From the NCBI RefSeq assembly GCF_000143415.4, contig NW_003314302.1, positions 142,065 to 206,064 of the forward strand: a stretch of DNA of 64,000 nucleotides, read 5' to 3'. A model generated the notes under the pieces. The model worked only from the letters and a program-made list of their open reading frames with translations. It was not told the DNA's origin and made no database searches. Shown here piece after piece: positions 60,620-64,000 of the stretch. A program made the position numbers and the translations under genes. This stretch comes from Selaginella moellendorffii (Eukaryota; Plantae; Lycopodiophyta). The stretch's first letter is position 1. Each line of letters begins with the position of its first letter.

Positions 60620-63600
60620 TAGGGTGCCACTATCAACCAACTCACACACATAGTGAAATTGGACTTAATGTGCTTTGAGCAAGCATGGTGGATGGGGTTC
60701 TTGGACATGGCAATACTACTTCAGTTGTCACACCAAGAAGTAGTGGGGCCAGCTTGTGCACATCCCAGCTCAGCAAGTAACTCCCAAGCCTAGACCACAT
60801 CCCTGCTACCTAAGTGCAATGTACTGCACTTTTGCACTAGAAAGTGCCACCACAAATTATCGCTTGGAGCCCCACGTGATGGCACCTCCTGAGAAGGAAA
60901 GGCAAATGCCAGAAGTCGAGTGATGGCCTTTGTTATTTGCAAAGCTAACATCTATGTAACATGTCAATAATGCATCACCCCCCGAATAAACAATGCTACG
61001 GTCCATGGTGCCTTGGAGGTTTTTGATGATATGCTTGGTAGCTTGCCAATGTATATTGGTTGGCAATATATTGTACTAACTAAGGCAATAGTCACTAGGG
61101 CAAGTCATCAAGGCCAAATATATGAGGCAACTGATGAGATGCCAATAGGGAGTCCCAGTGAGTAGAGGCTCACCAGACTGCTCAACTATGAGGTCGATAG
61201 CACCAACAACTATCGAGGTATTGATGGGGTGACAATCACGCATACCAAACCAATCTAGCAAGACTTTTACCTTACATCATTGGCTAAGCATGTAGCCACC
61301 AGACTTAAGATCATGTGTGACCTCAAAGCCAAGAAAGTAAGAGTCTTGGCCAAGGCCCTTCATCTGGAATTTCTGGCTAAGAACAGCTTTTAGAGCAGCA
61401 ATCGCATTAGTGTCATCACCCTTGATGGGCAAATCATCAATGTAGAGGGCCAAAATAAACATGCTTTCAGCATGACCATTCACATACACATTGTGATTAG
61501 TATGGTAGCAATGAAAGCCTTGAGTGCATAGGATGGCATCAAATTTTTGATACTAAACATGGGAGCTCTGTTTTAAGCCATACAAAGCTTTCTGCAGTTG
61601 CTGTATAGTGTCACTAGAGGCAACATCATCCTCAAAACCAGGAGGTATATACATATAGATGTCCTCTTGCAAATCCCCATTCAAGAATGTTGTTTTGACA
61701 TCTATATGGTGGACTTGCCATTTGCGAGTAGCCACAAGTGCAAAAAGGGTATGGAGGCTAGCCATTTTTGCAACTAGTGAGAATGTTTCATCATAGTCAA
61801 GGCCATAAGTTTGGCAAAATCTGTGAATAACAAACCATGCCTTATAATATACCATCTTTCCCATACTTTTTGGATCCAAAACACGTCATCTTGGTGGAGT
61901 TGAATCCACTGGAACATAAGTGCCATTAACCTGAATGGAAGCAACTTCTTCCTCAATGGCTTCCATCCAAGATGGAACTTTAGGTCTTGAGACAGCCTCA
62001 TCATAGATCATGGGGATGCTAATATCAACAAGGCCATAAAAGTCATCAAGCTCTATAGCATCTACTTTAGCATTTTCCCAGACTTTCTTCAATGAAGGCT
62101 GATGTTTCTAGGGGTGATCAAGAACTAGCATTGGATCAAGTATGCCACAACATCGACAAGGTGGTGGAGGTGTCGGAGGCCTATCCTTGATTGGAGGAGA
62201 GAATCAATTGATTCAGGCATGTCTAAAAATGGAGGATTCCCCAGTGGAATCTCTAGTGGCAACTCATGAATAGGATCTAAAGATGGAGGCAAAAGGAGAT
62301 CATCTCCTATAAGTGGGATCAAAGGAACAAATCAAGTCTTCGAAATGAAGAAGGATCTTGAAGAACCTTTGTATGCATGGGAAAGTCATCTTTGTTGAAT
62401 ATGACATCTGTGCTTACAAGGGCCTTGTGAGATGCAAGATCCCACAACTTGTAAGCTTTTTTCCTGATGGTGTCATCCTGTGTATATCCTATGAAGATGA
62501 ATTTTGTACTTTTGGGATCTAACTTTTTCTGAATTTGATCAGAGGTATGCACGTATGCTGCACAACTAAAGACTTGAAAGTGGGACAGATCAAGTATCCA
62601 AAATGCCTCAAGGGTTTTTCCATCCAAAGCAATTGTGCAAGGCAATTTTGGACATGCATTACTGTGGCTATAACCTCTTGCCAAAATGTTTTATCAAGAT
62701 GTGCATCAACTAACAAAGCACAAGTAACATTGACAATAATGCAATTCTTCCTTTCCGGAACATCATTTTGTTAGGGGGTGTAGTGGGCTATGGCTTGTGA
62801 TCATATGCCTACATCATGACAGATGCCCTAAAGCTCATTGGTAAGGTATTCACCACTACCATCAACTCCAAAAACTTTTATCTTTTAGCCAAAAAGATTT
62901 TCAACATAGGCTTTATATGTTTGAATTGCAACAACTGCATCACTCTTGTGCATCAAGAAGTGGATGCATATCCAATGGCTATAATCATCAATGAATGTGA
63001 TGAAATACCTTACACCATTGTGGTTTGGCATGTTTACGGGGCCACAAAGATCAGAATGGACTAAGTCCAAAAGTCCAATTGCTTGATGCTTGCTTAGTGA
63101 GAAATTTTTGGCAGTGATGTTTGCCTAGAATATAAGCTTCATTAAATATAAATGGAATATGTCAAAAATCCAATTGAGTAATAATATCTTGGAATTTCAT
63201 CCACTGAAGAGATTGGTAATGCACATGACTAAATCTCTTGTGCTAGAGCTCCACACTAGAATCTACCTCAATGGTTTGAAAGGCTTTAACTTGGTTGGCA
63301 GTAATGGTCTCGTACAAGTCTCCAATGCATGGCTCACGAAGCAACTATGTACCAAACATGTGAAAGTCGCTAAAATCAACCAAAGAGACTCCCTTTGCAT
63401 TAAAGACTACCACTGCATCTTGATCACATATTTTAGTGACAAACATTAAGTTTTGTTGCAAGATAAAGATATGCATAGCACCATCAAACGTCATGGTCCT
63501 CCCATGATCAAGTGAGAGCTAAAATTGCCCAATGCTTTCTATGGGGATAGTGATATTGTCACATAAATGAACACCACATTTTCCAACGCTCAGTTGGTAA

Positions 63601-64000
63601 CACTAAAAAAGATTTTTCTTATTGCCTATAAGACTAGTATAACCAAAGTTTAGAAGCCACCTACTTGGTGTTCCAACTACCTCTACATTGTAGAGCTCTT
63701 TCTTAGCCTTATTTATTATAGCAATTCCATCACTCTTGAGTAGTTTGGCTTTTGCTGTTGTAGCTAGCTAGCTTTGAAGCTAACAGGCTTCAAAATAGTG
63801 CAATCTTGAGCCCAATAGCCCATCTCCAAGCAGTAGCACATTGATTCTTGGCAAGTCTAGGCTGGGTATGCCCAAATGCCATAGAATTTTGCCCTTTTTA
63901 GGCATTAACAACGGCATGCAATTTTGCCACCTTGGCATCACCAAGAGCCTATAAAGCATATATAGCTTATGGCATTTCCACTCTCTCACTTTGCATGACC
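60620..64000 (-). mobile_element. Degenerate Ty1/Copia retrotransposon
   Basis: Integrase LVHSDLCGP..YFITFIDDYS and KLDPKS.K.IFIGY; RT GLDYDETFS, HIDVKTTFLNGDL.EDIYM, ALYGLKQS, LYIDDL; RNase H GGAITWGSK. Confidence 0.92.

Overview
Compact, intron-containing plant nuclear DNA. Short introns of about 50-100 bp, PLS/DYW PPR genes and very tight gene spacing suggest a lycophyte such as Selaginella (inference). Genes that look intact: an SMYD-like SET gene (5' part outside the window), an SDR carbonyl reductase, TIM10, a SAM methyltransferase, a spliced gene made only of a Copia-gag N-terminal domain, an unknown secreted/membrane protein, an intronless fungal-type APH-family phosphotransferase, tRNA-Ile(AAU), a P-class PPR gene and a RluD-type pseudouridine synthase. 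Much of the remainder is decayed duplicates: two copies of an ObgC / PPR-DYW / rhodanese block, plus subtilase, F-box and pTAC2-like pseudogenes. An old inverted duplication links the two ends of the window, and its copies lost complementary genes. The centre (about 27.7-49.5 kb) is a TE nest: a very young non-autonomous Gypsy-type LTR element with a satellite inside each LTR sits in an older Gypsy, next to a second decayed Gypsy and a Helitron carrying a WEE1-like fragment. A decayed Copia fills the right end. Best leads: a reconstructed DUF3820-like x2 + PPR-DYW fusion, a possibly domesticated gag gene, the fungal-type phosphotransferase and a gene-derived 55-bp hairpin. All calls are by eye, without database searches.
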